This document shows positions 1-10,595 of a DNA stretch of 64,000 nucleotides, in pieces. The notes beneath the pieces are model-generated. The model was not told where the DNA came from and did no database searches. It saw only the letters and a list, made by a program, of their open reading frames with translations. The translations under genes were made by a program, and so were the position numbers. Positions within the stretch are counted from its first letter, which is position 1; each line of letters begins with the position of its first letter. Origin of the DNA: Alphaproteobacteria bacterium (GTDB taxonomy: Bacteria; Pseudomonadota; Alphaproteobacteria; GCA-2731375); contig CBDDBZ010000033.1 of NCBI GenBank assembly GCA_965225945.1, forward strand, positions 192,001-256,000, given 5' to 3'.

Positions 1-591
1 CTCGATCCGCCGGACAAGGCGCTGGTTCTCTCGGTCGACGAGAAGAGCCAGATCCAGGCGCTCGACCGCACACAGCCCGGCTTGCCGATCAAGAAGGGCC
101 GAGCCGGCACCATGACGCATGACTACAAGCGCCACGGCACGACGACATTGTTCGCCGCGCTCGACGTCGCCACCGGCAAGGTCATCGGCCACTGCATGAA
201 GCGGCACCGCCATCAGGAATGGCTGAAATTCCTGCGCCGTATCGACGCCGAGACGCCCAAGAAGCTCGACCTGCATCTGATCGCCGACAACTACGCCACC
301 CACAAGCATCCCAAGGTCAAGGCGTGGTTGGCAAAACATCCTCGCTTCCATATGCACTTCACTCCGACATCCGCCTCCTGGCTCAGCCAGGTCGAACGCT
401 TCTTCGGCCTGATCACCAGCGATCAAATCCGTTGCGGCGTGTTCAAGAGCGTCGCCGAACTCGAAACAGCCATTCAGGAATACCTCGAGCACCACAATGC
501 CGATCCAAAACCCTTCGTATGGACCGCTTCCGCCACCGCCATACTCGAAAAAGTCGCTCGTGGGCGACAGGCGTTAGAGTCGGTACACTAG
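1..591 (+). mobile_element. IS630-family transposase, C-terminal part (runs off window start)
   Basis: [23 protein letters not shown] and TPTSASWL(S)QVERFF motifs; ORF ends at ...GGTACACTAG. Confidence 0.9.
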
Positions 592-875
592 GTGGTATAC
601 GAGCGCATCGATCGCAGGCCATCATCGGGCTGCCGAGCTGAATACGAACGAAGGAGGCGGGAACGAATGAAGCCTGGTCGCGCGAAAGCAGCCGAACCTT
701 CAGTAGACGATTTCTTATCGGATTCGATCTGCATTTCTCTCGTGCTAAGCGACGGTCTTACGTCGGAGGACGTCTGGCGAATTGTTCATTCAGCTCGAAC
801 ATCCATGCGCGTCGTTTCCGGCGCTCGGGAAACATAACCGAACGACGCAAGAGTCGCAGAAGACCGTACTGTTCC

Positions 876-1125
876 ATGAGGCGGGTTTGTCGCTATTTCG
901 GCAGTCTGTTGGCGGCCTATCTGACGCGGCCCTCCGGTTCACCGAGCCTCAATCCGCCCGGCGATCCGGAACGGCTGCGGGCCGCTCTTCGCCCATCCGA
1001 TGCTCTGCTCGTGGACGGCATAGCGCGATTCAGCACGGCGATCATATATCTGACGCAATCGACCTGGTCCCATGTTGCGATATATGTCGGCGGCGTGCTC
1101 GGTCGAGATGAAGATGGCGAGACGT
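876..1125 (+). pseudogene. Truncated YiiX/YebB-like permuted NlpC/P60 protein
   Basis: LRPSDALLVDG...STAIIYLTQSTWSHVAIYVGG, then similarity is lost. Confidence 0.55.
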
Positions 1126-1574
1126 TGTGCCGACAGTCGTCGATTTGTACCATCGGAAAGGCCTTGGGATCGGCGCTGACATCGCTGGTGAAGCGAAAGC
1201 TGAGCACGTTGGCCATGCCGGTACTGGCGATACCGAAACCGCGCACCGACAGCTGGCTCTGGAACAGGCGGGCTATTTGCTCACTGGTCTCGGAGGCGTC
1301 GGGCTTGCGGATGCGAACCGGCGCGCCCCGGGTGATTTCGCCGTAGCCCGTGGCATCGAGCGCACGCAAAAAGCCGGCGCCGACCTGCGCGCCCTTTCCG
1401 AGCACTCGGCGGCCCAGGCTATGGTTTGCCAACTGTGGGAGGCCTTACTGATTGCTCGTAAGCGCCGTCCGGATACTCAGTAACACCAGGAAAGGCCCTG
1501 TGACGCCCGTGGCGATCAGGATCCCTACGACGGCACCAACGGTTGGAAGCCCGGTGAGCGCACCGCTGCCTGAG

Positions 1575-2336
1575 TTACGCCTTGCGCACGCCGATAGCAG
1601 TGTAGCCGCCGTCGATGAAAAGCACTTGGCCGTTGACGTATGAAGCCTGCTCGCCGGCGAGGAAACACGCGCCGTCCGCAATGTCGGGGACAGCGCCGAG
1701 GCGACCAGCGGGGATGAGCTCCAGATAGGCCGCCCGCCCTTCGTCGCTGAGTGCCGCTTCGGAAAGCGGAGTCGATATCGGCCCTGGGCCAATGGCGTTG
1801 GCAGTGATGCCTAGCGGCGCCAGCTCCAGCGCCATTTGGCGGGTGAGACCAATGACAGCGGCCTTCGAGGTCCCGTAGGCGGTTCGCCCGAAGGCGGCGC
1901 GCTCACCGGCGATGGAGGCGATATTGATGATCCGTCCATACCCGCGCTTGACCATCTCGCGTGCCGCGCTCTGACCGCAATGGAGCACGCCCTCGACATT
2001 AAGCGTCATAATCGCGCGGAACTCTTCCGGTGTCGTCTCAAGGAACGGCGTCAACCTGGCAGTACCTGCGCTGCTGACCATGATGTCGAGTTGTCCGTAC
2101 GCTTTGATGCTGGCGGCGACGAGCTGTTCGACCTGGGCCGGATCTGTGACATCGACCGGGACTGCAATTGCCTGACCGCCATCTTGGACGATGCGATCGA
2201 CCGTCGCCTTGGCCGTTTCTTCGACGATATCGGCGCAGACCACCCGTGCGCCTTCTTCGGCGAAGCGTTGCGCAATGCCGCGGCCAATCCCGCTCCCCGC
2301 GCCCGTGACGACGGCGACCCGATTCTCTAACCGCAT
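1575..2336 (-). CDS. SDR family NAD(P)-dependent oxidoreductase
   Basis: TGAGSGIG, NIAS and YGTSK motifs; RBS GAGGGAGG. Confidence 0.92.
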   Translation of the reverse strand: MRLENRVAVVTGAGSGIGRGIAQRFAEEGARVVCADIVEETAKATVDRIVQDGGQAIAVPVDVTDPAQVEQLVAASIKAYGQLDIMVSSAGTARLTPFLETTPEEFRAIMTLNVEGVLHCGQSAAREMVKRGYGRIINIASIAGERAAFGRTAYGTSKAAVIGLTRQMALELAPLGITANAIGPGPISTPLSEAALSDEGRAAYLELIPAGRLGAVPDIADGACFLAGEQASYVNGQVLFIDGGYTAIGVRKA

Positions 2337-2384
2337 CTCTTCCCTCCCTCAGCATCGAGCAATGCGCATACCGAACCGCAGCTG

Positions 2385-2690
2385 AAACCAAGTCCCTGGC
2401 TTGGGGCGAGGGGCACAACGTCGGTGTTGGACCCGAGCAAGCAAAGCAGCTGGGCTACGAGGTTTGCAATCGCGGGGGCGGAGCCGATGACACCACATTC
2501 GCACATTTCGTGGCCCGGCATTCCCCACTTGCCCCTCGGGCTTGGTCATCAGCGTAGCTATCGGGCACCTCGATCACAACGCCAATCCTGGCAAGAAGCC
2601 CTGATGGAACGCTTGGACCTGGGGCACCTCTGAACGTTACCCGGCGATTCCGGACCTGCATCCGATGGACGTCAATTGCTGGGGGCATAG
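2385..2690 (-). pseudogene. Degenerate C-terminal remnant of a xanthine dehydrogenase-family Mo-binding subunit
   Basis: ECGVIGSAPAIANLVA...VPLAP resembles the GE.G.IG.APAIANA...P.TP end of this family; frame is broken. Confidence 0.35.
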
Positions 2691-2729
2691 TCGCCGTCGA
2701 GCGGACATGGCCTCCAGGCTCACTTAGCC

Positions 2730-2887
2730 GAGGCTGTTGAAAAAGTCGGTCAAGCGCCCGCTCGGTGGCGTTCGGCGAAAGAAAAGAATCGGGGGAGGGC
2801 CTGATCTGGTGCCATCTTTCGTCGGGGTTGGCCGGCGCGAATCAATCTTTCGAGCGCGAGGACCCAAAATACTTTTTCAACAGCCTC
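2730..2887. mobile_element. 158-bp MITE
   Basis: Perfect 17-bp TIR GAGGCTGTTGAAAAAGT (2730-2746) / ACTTTTTCAACAGCCTC (2871-2887); 4-bp TSD AGCC. Confidence 0.8.
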
Positions 2888-2968
2888 AGCCAATACTTTC
2901 CATTCGACACTTCTAATGTATCGGTGTGCCTCGACCATCTGAGGTCGCTATTCCTGTGTCTGTTCAGC

Positions 2969-3723
2969 CTTGCCTATCCGGTTATCACCCACACCCACTA
3001 TATGTAGTGTGCACCCATTTTCCTGAGTAAAGCTCGGTGCAGGTCGAAGCGGAGATATCTCCGGCGATGCCGAGCAGGGACTCGGACGGCATTGTAGCGC
3101 CTTTTAGGCGACACTTTAGCGTGGTGGAAATCCTAATCATTGAGTCGGATTTGGCAAAACGCCACGTTGCATAAAGGACCGTCACTTCATTGAAATTTAT
3201 CTGAAATCGGAGGTGAACGACACCGATGGAATATTCCAGGAAATCAGAGCTTCATTGAATTGTAGGATTCGAGTGCCGGATTATTCACAAATAGCTCTGT
3301 GAACTGGTTTTCAAGTTCGCTCAATACGTCATATGAAGTAAACGGATTGAGGATCACGTTCTTGCGTGTCGCTTCGTCTTCGCTGCGACTCAAAACGCGC
3401 AGGAGACTAACAGGCGCGGACGGGTTCTTCGCAACGATTCGTGCCAGCGCGTCGCTTTCTTCGACTAGTGCCGTCAATCGCTCAGACGATGTCGTTTCAT
3501 CAGCAGCTTCCCGTCTGGCCGTGGGTTTCTTCGTTTTTCCCTTGGTCGCCACCGTTCCGTCCCCCGATGTTAAGTACGTGACGTGAATTAAACTCCGGTT
3601 CGGTTTTCAGAACAATCAAGAATTAGCCGGATCGCCTCCTCAATGCGCCTGCGCCGGCCCTTGCCTGCAGTCCAAGGAGACACACTACATATAGTGGGTG
3701 TGGGTGATAACCGGATAGGCAAG
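2969..3723 (-). mobile_element. 755-bp non-autonomous insertion cassette, copy 1
   Basis: 43-bp perfect TIR CTTGCCTATCCGGTTATCACCCACACCCACTATATGTAGTGTG; TSD TGTTCAGC at 2961-2968 and 3724-3731. Confidence 0.95.
3244..3552 (-). CDS. LRV/HEAT-like repeat passenger protein, 102 aa (copy 1)
   Basis: GTG start after G-rich RBS; repeats VAKNPSAP..LL..L, VILNPFTS..VL..L, FVNNPAL. Confidence 0.75.
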   Translation of the reverse strand: MATKGKTKKPTARREAADETTSSERLTALVEESDALARIVAKNPSAPVSLLRVLSRSEDEATRKNVILNPFTSYDVLSELENQFTELFVNNPALESYNSMKL

Positions 3724-3748
3724 TGTTCAGCTTCGCTAGACTTCGCCC

Positions 3749-3812
3749 ATGTCCGAGGGTACGCAGCGCAGGCTAGCGGCGATCGTCTCCGCCGACGTGG
3801 TCGGTTACACGG
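3749..3812 (+). pseudogene. N-terminal fragment of a class III adenylate/guanylate cyclase
   Basis: MSEGTQRRLAAIVSADVVGYT, then similarity stops. Confidence 0.65.
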
Positions 3813-4029
3813 TGCTCCGTGGTCGCGGGAGGGTCGTGGTGGAGCCGGCCGTCTGAACCATCAGGGTGCCGGATGGGCGGACAGATTGAGCCAGCGAATC
3901 AGGTGGGATCCCGGGTACGTCGGGAATTGGGGGTGAACTCTCCGTCGCCAGGCCGTGCCATCCACGCCCGGGTATAGCCATGAGGCGACGCGCATAGATT
4001 CTTCGCTGGCTGTTCGCTAAAATCGGCGC

Positions 4030-4359
4030 TTGCGGAGGATATGGCCGATACTCAGTTCGGTGACAAAGCTGCGTCGCGTCTGGTCTGGCGGATTGCCTCT
4101 CGGCGAGGCGTTTTGGACCTATGCTGTAGTCGGAGGACTTGCCGTCAATCTCATCACGAGCTTGCTGTTCTTGATTCTGGTTTTAGCGGATTGGCTACTT
4201 GCTGCCCTTGTCGTGGGCTATGGCTTGTCCGTGCCGTACAACGTCGTCGCGCTCGTGGGGGTATGGCGGGCTGCGGAGCGCCACGAGGGCGAACCTGCCC
4301 TAGCGGAGTCGGCCCGCATCGTCACGCTCATCGGAATGATCCTCCTGACCGTGACCTAA
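4030..4359 (+). CDS. Small hypothetical membrane protein
   Basis: LRRVWSGGLPLGEAFWTY followed by about 3 hydrophobic helices. Confidence 0.7.
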   Translation: MRRIWPILSSVTKLRRVWSGGLPLGEAFWTYAVVGGLAVNLITSLLFLILVLADWLLAALVVGYGLSVPYNVVALVGVWRAAERHEGEPALAESARIVTLIGMILLTVT

Positions 4360-4464
4360 TAGCAATCGGCGCCCATCTTCGTCGGCCGCATCTTCCATGG
4401 GGTCCGGATGCGCGCCCCGCGCGCGCCTACCTCATCATCGGATCGCCGCTCCAGACCACGTCTT

Positions 4465-4990
4465 AGCGGCGCTGAGCCGACGCATTCCACCGGCTGTACC
4501 GCCTCGCGGACGGCTGGATCTACCTCGCCGCCGACGCGCTGGATCAGCAGGCGGCACTCAGGCACTGGCTCGGGCTGGCAGATCTGGAGTCCGCCGGCAC
4601 CGGGCACCCGGCCGTGTCACCGCACGGTGCGATGGCGAACGCCTTCCAGGGCAGGCGCCTGGCCGACACAATCGCGGGCTTAAAAGCCACCGGCGTACCG
4701 GCAACGGAAGCCCAGGCGGGCGATAGCGAACTGTTCCTCGACGATCCGCATTCGCTGGAGAACCGAATGGTGGCGACGCGCCAACATCCGAAAGTGGGCA
4801 AGATGCGGACGGCATGGAACTACGTCCAGTTCGCCGATACGGCGTCGACGGCCGGGCGCCCGACCCCGCTGCTGGGTGAACATACCCGGGACGTTCTGGC
4901 CGAAGCGGGCCTCTCTCCGGACGAGATAGACCGGCTGTTCGCCGACGGTGCCGCGGTTGCCGAAACCGCGGAACTGTGCACCTTTGGGCC
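4465..4990 (+). pseudogene. C-terminal fragment of a CaiB/BaiF family III CoA-transferase
   Basis: FHRLYRLADGWIYLA and P.LGEHTRDVLAEAGLSPDEIDRL motifs; no N-terminus. Confidence 0.7.
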
Positions 4991-5045
4991 GGCCTTCCCA
5001 AAGGCGACGACCTGTGAAAACACTGGAGTCGAAAGGAGTCCCTCG

Positions 5046-5666
5046 ATGACCGAGTCGGTAACCCTGGAGATCTTCACGGACTACGTTTGACCGTGGTGCT
5101 ACCTCAGCACCGGGCGTGTTGAGAAACTGAAAGAGACGTTCGACATCGAGGTGAAGTGGGTTCATTTCCCGCTGCACCCCGAGACGCCGGCCGAAGGGCA
5201 GTCGCTGGAGCAACTCTTCGCCGGCCGCGGTGTCGACATCGATGCCATGTATCAGCGCATGAAAGGCTTGATGGACGCCGAAGGGCTTCCCTATGGCCAG
5301 CGGACACACACATACAACAGCCGTCTGGCGCAGGAACTCGGCGTTTGGGCGGATTCGCAGAAGGGCGGCGACGCCCTGCATGACGCACTTTACCGGGCCT
5401 ATTTCGTGGAGGTGCGAAACATCGGCGACATCGAGGTCCTGGTCGATATCGTCCAGAGCGTCGGCCTGGACGCCCAGGAGGCCCGCAATGCGCTCGAGGA
5501 GCGGCGTTACAGCGAAGCGGTCGATGCCGACTGGAACCGCTCGCGCGCCATCGGTGTCACCGGTGTCCCGACATTCGCCGCCGGCAGTCATAGCGTGGTC
5601 GGCGCGCAGCCTTACGAGGTTCTGGAGCAGCTGCTCGAGAAAGTCGGCGCGAGCAAGCGCGGTTAG
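5046..5666 (+). CDS. DsbA/FrnE-like thiol oxidoreductase, probable selenoprotein (UPWC)
   Basis: RBS GAAAGGAG, ATG at 5046, in-frame TGA at 5088-5090 in D-Y-V-U-P-W-C-Y; continues in frame to GVTGVPTF...GAQP. Confidence 0.88.
5103..5123 (+). promoter_or_regulatory. Putative bacterial SECIS hairpin
   Basis: Stem CUCAGCAC / GUGUUGAG with G-rich loop CGGGC, starting 12 nt after the UGA. Confidence 0.65.
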
Positions 5667-5797
5667 GCGCCCGTCTCGCCGCCGCGATATCGGAGTCGGG
5701 CAGGGTTGGCCGCCGTTTCCGAAATCATGCCGGCGATTTCCTCGGACGTCGGCGCGTCGCCGACGGAACCGGCTGGGAATGTTCGAAGCCGGGGGCG

Positions 5798-5893
5798 AAC
5801 GGGATCTCGGTGGCCGAGGTGGCGGAGCGGGTAGGCGTGTCGTCGAACACGCTCTACCGCCATCTGCCGGGCAGGCGTGCGGCGGTGGGGTGA
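5798..5893 (+). pseudogene. Remnant of a serine resolvase/invertase C-terminal HTH
   Basis: GISVAEVAERVGVSSNTLYRHLPG. Confidence 0.55.
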
Positions 5894-5938
5894 GCTTACG
5901 CGGCACGGCGAGGGCCACCCATGTCTTCTATCGGGGGT

Positions 5939-7161
5939 CATGGTACACGACGGCATTTACGTAGGACGTTGAAAAGGTTGTAGGATTCCCGATTCACTCC
6001 ACGACGAGTCAAGAGGGAAATCATGCGAGACAACCCGATCAACGCCCTGCGTGAGACGCTACGATGCGGCTTCGCCTTTCGCAAGAGCCGTCTGGAGAGC
6101 CTTTGCGTCTTGGTCTTCGGCGTGTTCGTCGCCCGGACGGTGAACCTCTCTCACTTGGCCTGCCACTTTCCGGGGCGCGCGCGATCCAGCTCCAACTATC
6201 GGCGCCTGCAACGGTTTTTCGAGCAAGTCGATTTCGATTACGATCGCCTCGCCGAGTTCCTGGTCGCGATGATGGGGCTCCAGGCGGGGCCGTGGCGGCT
6301 GACCATGGACCGGACCAACTGGCGGCTGGGTCGCCGCGACGTCAACATCTTGATGATCGGCATCGTCAACCGCGCCATCGCCATTCCCGTGTGCTGGCGG
6401 GTGCTCGACAAGGCGGGCAATTCCAATACCAAGGAGCGGATCGCGATCCTCGAACACGTCCTCCGGCTCTTCGGGGTCGACAAGATCGCCAGCCTCCTGG
6501 CCGACCGGGAATTCATCGGCGACGCCTGGCTGGCATGGTTGCAGGAAAAGGCCATCCCCTTTCACATCCGCATCCGATCCAACATCAAGATCGCCAACAC
6601 GCGTGGTCGCATGGTCAAGGCGAGGGAGCTGTTTCGCGACCTCAAACCCGGGGAAAGCCGCATCCTCTCCAACGCCAGGCGCCTCTCGGAGGCCAGAAAA
6701 CCCAAGGCCAGGCCCGTCTTCGTCGCCGCGCTCCATCTCAAGACCGGCGAACTGTTGATCGTCGTGACCAACGACGCGCCCGAGGAGGCCTTGGCCATCT
6801 ACGCCCAGCGCTGGCAAATCGAGACCCTCTTCGCCGCCTTGAAAACCCGTGGCTTCAACCTCGAAGACACCCACATGACCGACCCGGAGCGCATCTCCAA
6901 GCTCACCGCCGTCCTTTCCATCACCTTCTGCTGGGCGCACAAAGTCGGCGATTGGCTCCACGAGGCCGAGCCGATCCGCCTCAAAACCCACAAAAGGATG
7001 GCAAAATCCATCTTCCGATACGGTTTCGAGTGGATAAGGCGACAGCTCGTCAATCCTATCGACAGGCGTCAAGCCATTGAGCTGATTCGTTTCCTCGTCC
7101 CCGGAAAACCACCAGTCCAGGTGCCCAGGCCAAAGCCAGCATGAACGAGTCGTGTACTGTG
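5939..7161 (+). mobile_element. Complete IS4-family element (transposase 6023-7144)
   Basis: DRTNW, ADREF and YAQRWQIETLF motifs; TIR CATGGTACACGAC / GTCGTGTACTGTG; 9-bp TSD ATCGGGGGT. Confidence 0.92.
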
Positions 7162-7321
7162 ATCGGGGGTATAGTCTCCGTCGGGCCGCGGTGGCCGATT
7201 CGGTCATTGATAGACCCTATGTCCGTTGAGGTTTCGACGCCGGGACCAGGTGTCCGCCTCAGCATGTAGTTTCGAGGGTTGCACGCGTTTACGTGCCTAC
7301 CCTCATACATGGGAGACGGAC

Positions 7322-7533
7322 ATGACGGACGATATCACCTTTGTTGGCTTGGATGTTTCGAAGGAGACGATTTCGGTCGGGATCGCGCCGGGTGATCCGC
7401 GAGAGGCGGTTCATTATTTCGGCACCATCGTGTACCGACCGACGGCGCTCTATTCGCTCTGCAAGAAGCTGTCGCGGGACGGCGCGCGTCTTCACTTCTG
7501 CTATGAGGCTGGCCCGTTCGGCTATTCCCTGCA
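7322..7533 (+). pseudogene. IS110-family transposase N-terminal fragment, cut by IS256
   Basis: FVGLDVSKETI...CYEAGPFGYSL (DEDD domain start). Confidence 0.85.
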
Positions 7534-8873
7534 GATTGAGCAACCTGATGTGTGGAAATTCGGAACGCCGTTGATCAGTCATCCTCTGCTTTCCAAGTGA
7601 TGTAGGGTTTTTCGGTGGTTTCCCATTTCTCGTCGATTTCGACGAGGATGGCGGTGACCAGACGTTCGAGCGAGGCCTCGTTGGGAAAGACCCTGACCTT
7701 TACGGTGCGGCGCTTGATCTCCTGCTGGATGGATCGCTCCATGGGGTTCGAGGTTCGCATGCGCTTTTGGTGGCGCTCGGGCAGGGCGAAGACGGCGAGG
7801 CCCTCGGGGATCGCCGTCTCCAGCCAATCGGCGAGCTTGGGGGCGCTATCGCGGTAGGCCGCCACCAGATGGCCCAGCTCGGCCTCGGCGGCCTTGCCGT
7901 CGGCGGCGTTCCAGACCCGGCGCAGCTCCTTGCCGATGGCCTTTCGGATGGCGAGGTTGGGGGCGTGATGGATGGCGTTTTGAGCCAGATGGTACTGACA
8001 GCGCTGCCAGACGGCGCCGCCGAGGACGGCCTTGCGCGCGGCGCCGAGGCCTGGATGATCATCGGAAACGATATAGGCGACACCGCGCATGCCACGGGCA
8101 ACCAGGGTCTCCAGGAAGGCGCGCCAGTGCACTTCGGCCTCGGAGAGCGCACAGGAAACACCGAGCACCCGGCGGCGCTGGTCGGGGCCGATGCCGATCA
8201 CCGAGAGCACGGCGGCGTCGCGCACCACGCCACCCTCTCGGACTTTCTCATAGCGCGCGTCGAGGAGCAGGTAGCGGATCTCGCCCAGCGGCCGGTTGCG
8301 CCAGGCATCCAGCTCCCCATCCAAGAGCTTGGCGGCGCGGCTGACCTGGCTCGACGACAGGCTCTCCAGGCCGAACTCGCGCATCACCGCCTCGGCGTCA
8401 CGGGTGGAGACGCCTTTGATATACATCTCCGCCACGGCCAGCATGACAGCGCGGCAGGAGCGCCGTCCGCGCTCCAGGGCTTGGGGGTAAAAAGGCGCCT
8501 CATGACCGGCGGTCTTGGGAACCTCGAGCCTCACCGTACCGGCCGGGGTGTCGATCTTCTTGGGTCTGGTGCCGTTGGCGTATCCCCGCCGCTCGGGCGT
8601 GCGCTCATAGTGGCCGGCGCCCAAGAACCTCTCCCGCTCGATCCGCATGGCGAGATTGAAAAGGCCGGCGAAGACCGTCGCCATGTTCTCGCTACCGCCT
8701 TCGATCAATTGTTCCATCAAAGCCTCGACAGCGCTATCCTAGTCTTTCCGCATACTGGTTCTCCATGTTTGTTTGGACGCTTTCACGGATAACCAAAATG
8801 ACCGATCGCCCCGCGCCGGGGTATACCCCGGCGCGGGGCGAAGCCAAATTTCCAGACCTCACGCTACACAAGC
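7534..8873 (-). mobile_element. IS256-family element (transposase 7575-8720)
   Basis: YLLLDARYEKVR, WQRCQYH and RTSNPMER motifs; imperfect ~27-bp TIRs; no TSD; upstream ATG at 8753 is followed by in-frame TAG. Confidence 0.9.
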
Positions 8874-9622
8874 CTCCTTTGCCGATGAGGACGGTCTGCA
8901 CCGCCGTCTTCATGTTGTCGTAGATGCCTCGCCGGCAGGCACCCTGGAACAGCCGGAATGCCCGGTCGTGGGCGTCGAACACCATCTCCTGGCTCTCGCG
9001 CGGATAAGCGCGGACGAAGAACATTCGGCTGTGGCACAGCCGGACGTGCGCGACCTTGACCTTGGTCGTCACCCCCGCCAGCACCACGTACTCGTGGCTC
9101 CAGTCGAACTGATAGGCCTCGCCCGGCGAGAACACCAACGGCACATAGGTCTGCGCCGTCGATGCCGAACGGCGCCACCGCCACGCCTTGGCGTAGCGCC
9201 GCACCGCGTCGTAGCCGCCGCCATAGCCCAGACCCTCGAGGGCTTCGGAGATCCGTAGCAGCGTCAGCCGCTCCCGCTTCGACTTGGTCTCGTTGGCCTC
9301 CAGCATCCGCTCCAGCTCGGCCGTCCACGGCCCCAGCTTCGGCATCGGCTGGACCCGCCGGTCGTAGGTGAACGCCGTCGCCTGCGAACGGATCACCTTG
9401 CGCACCGTGTTGCCCGAGACCTTCACGTCCCGCACGATCTCCTTGATCGGCTTCCCCTTGACAAAATACTCCCGCCGGATCCGCGCTATCGTCTCCACGA
9501 CCAACATCCCCCACCACCTCGTCCGCCCAAAAACGAGGTGACTTGGACTAGCCAGGCTCAGGGGGTCAAATTTGGACGCCGATCACCCCTCAACAGGGGT
9601 CAACTTTGCACGCCGTTCCACA
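8874..9622 (-). mobile_element. istA: Truncated IS21-family element (IstA N-terminal part, start 9507)
   Basis: PGEAYQFDWS and GIYDNMKTAV motifs; left end TGTGGAACGGCG with repeated AAA(G/T)TTGACCCC. Confidence 0.88.
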
Positions 9623-10595
9623 CCCAGAAGGAGATGCCCTGTTTGGCGCAGGTCTTCATGAGGCCGAGGAAGGCGTCGCGGGCCTCGCGGCCGGCCTCGG
9701 ATCGGGTGCCGCCGGAGATCTTGCGGCGGGTCACCTGGCAGCGGATGTCGTTCTCCGAGCCGTTGGTGTTGAGCGGCACCTCGGGGCGCTCGAGCACCAG
9801 CAGCAACTCTTCCTTGTTGCCATGGAGCCGGGCGAGCAGGCGATCGAGGGTGGCGAAGCCGGTGCGCCTGGTGAAGATATCGTCGAAGCGCCGGCGAAGC
9901 TCGCGTCTTCGTCGCCGGCGCGGGTCTTCGCGGTAGGCCTTGGGGTCCGCGTAGAGCCACCAGATCCGGGTCCGGATCCGTTCTTTCGCTTGCGCCTGCG
10001 CCTGAGTGAAACAATCCAGCTTATGGACCAAGCGCTCGGCGTGGACCCAGCAGAGCGCGTGATGGCCGACGTTGAACTGGCCGGCGTCGTCGCTGAGGAT
10101 GACGCTGTCTTTGAGCAGGCCGTGGTCAGTAAGGGAGCCCCAGAGCGCGCCCTCGGTGGCGATCTTGACCGGATCGGGCTGGACCTCGAGGTCCGTGATC
10201 CCCAAGGCCTTCAGGTGGCTCATCCAGATCCTCTCGTCGGCAAAGCGGCGCACCCGGGCCGTTTCCAAACGGGCGACGAGGGGGCCGGCGAGACGGCGTT
10301 CGCGCATGTAGGCCAAGGCCGCGTCATTGACCAGGTAGTCTTCGTGACCGGCCCGCAGCAGTTCCAGGAAGTTCCGCCGTCTCTTGGAAAAGCCGGTGGC
10401 GAACCAGGCGAAATGGTCGTTGCCGATCTGCGTGCACACGCCGTTGCGCGCCCGATGGCGGGCGCCGGTGTCGTCCACGCTGACCCAGGCCGCGGTCTCC
10501 AGGCCGGCGCGCAGAACCGCGCCCGCCTCGCCGGTGAAGCACGCCTGGTCCTCGTTCAGGAGCCGCATCACCTGGCGCTTGGAGATCGCCACCCC

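Noticed and set aside
3299-3586. 95-aa ORF MNWFSSS... and its copies
   Set aside because: Antisense shadow of the 102-aa passenger, which has an RBS and a recognisable repeat pattern.
4614-5090. CoA-transferase/DsbA fusion protein
   Set aside because: The CoA-transferase part is a headless fragment, and the DsbA gene has its own RBS and ATG at 5046.
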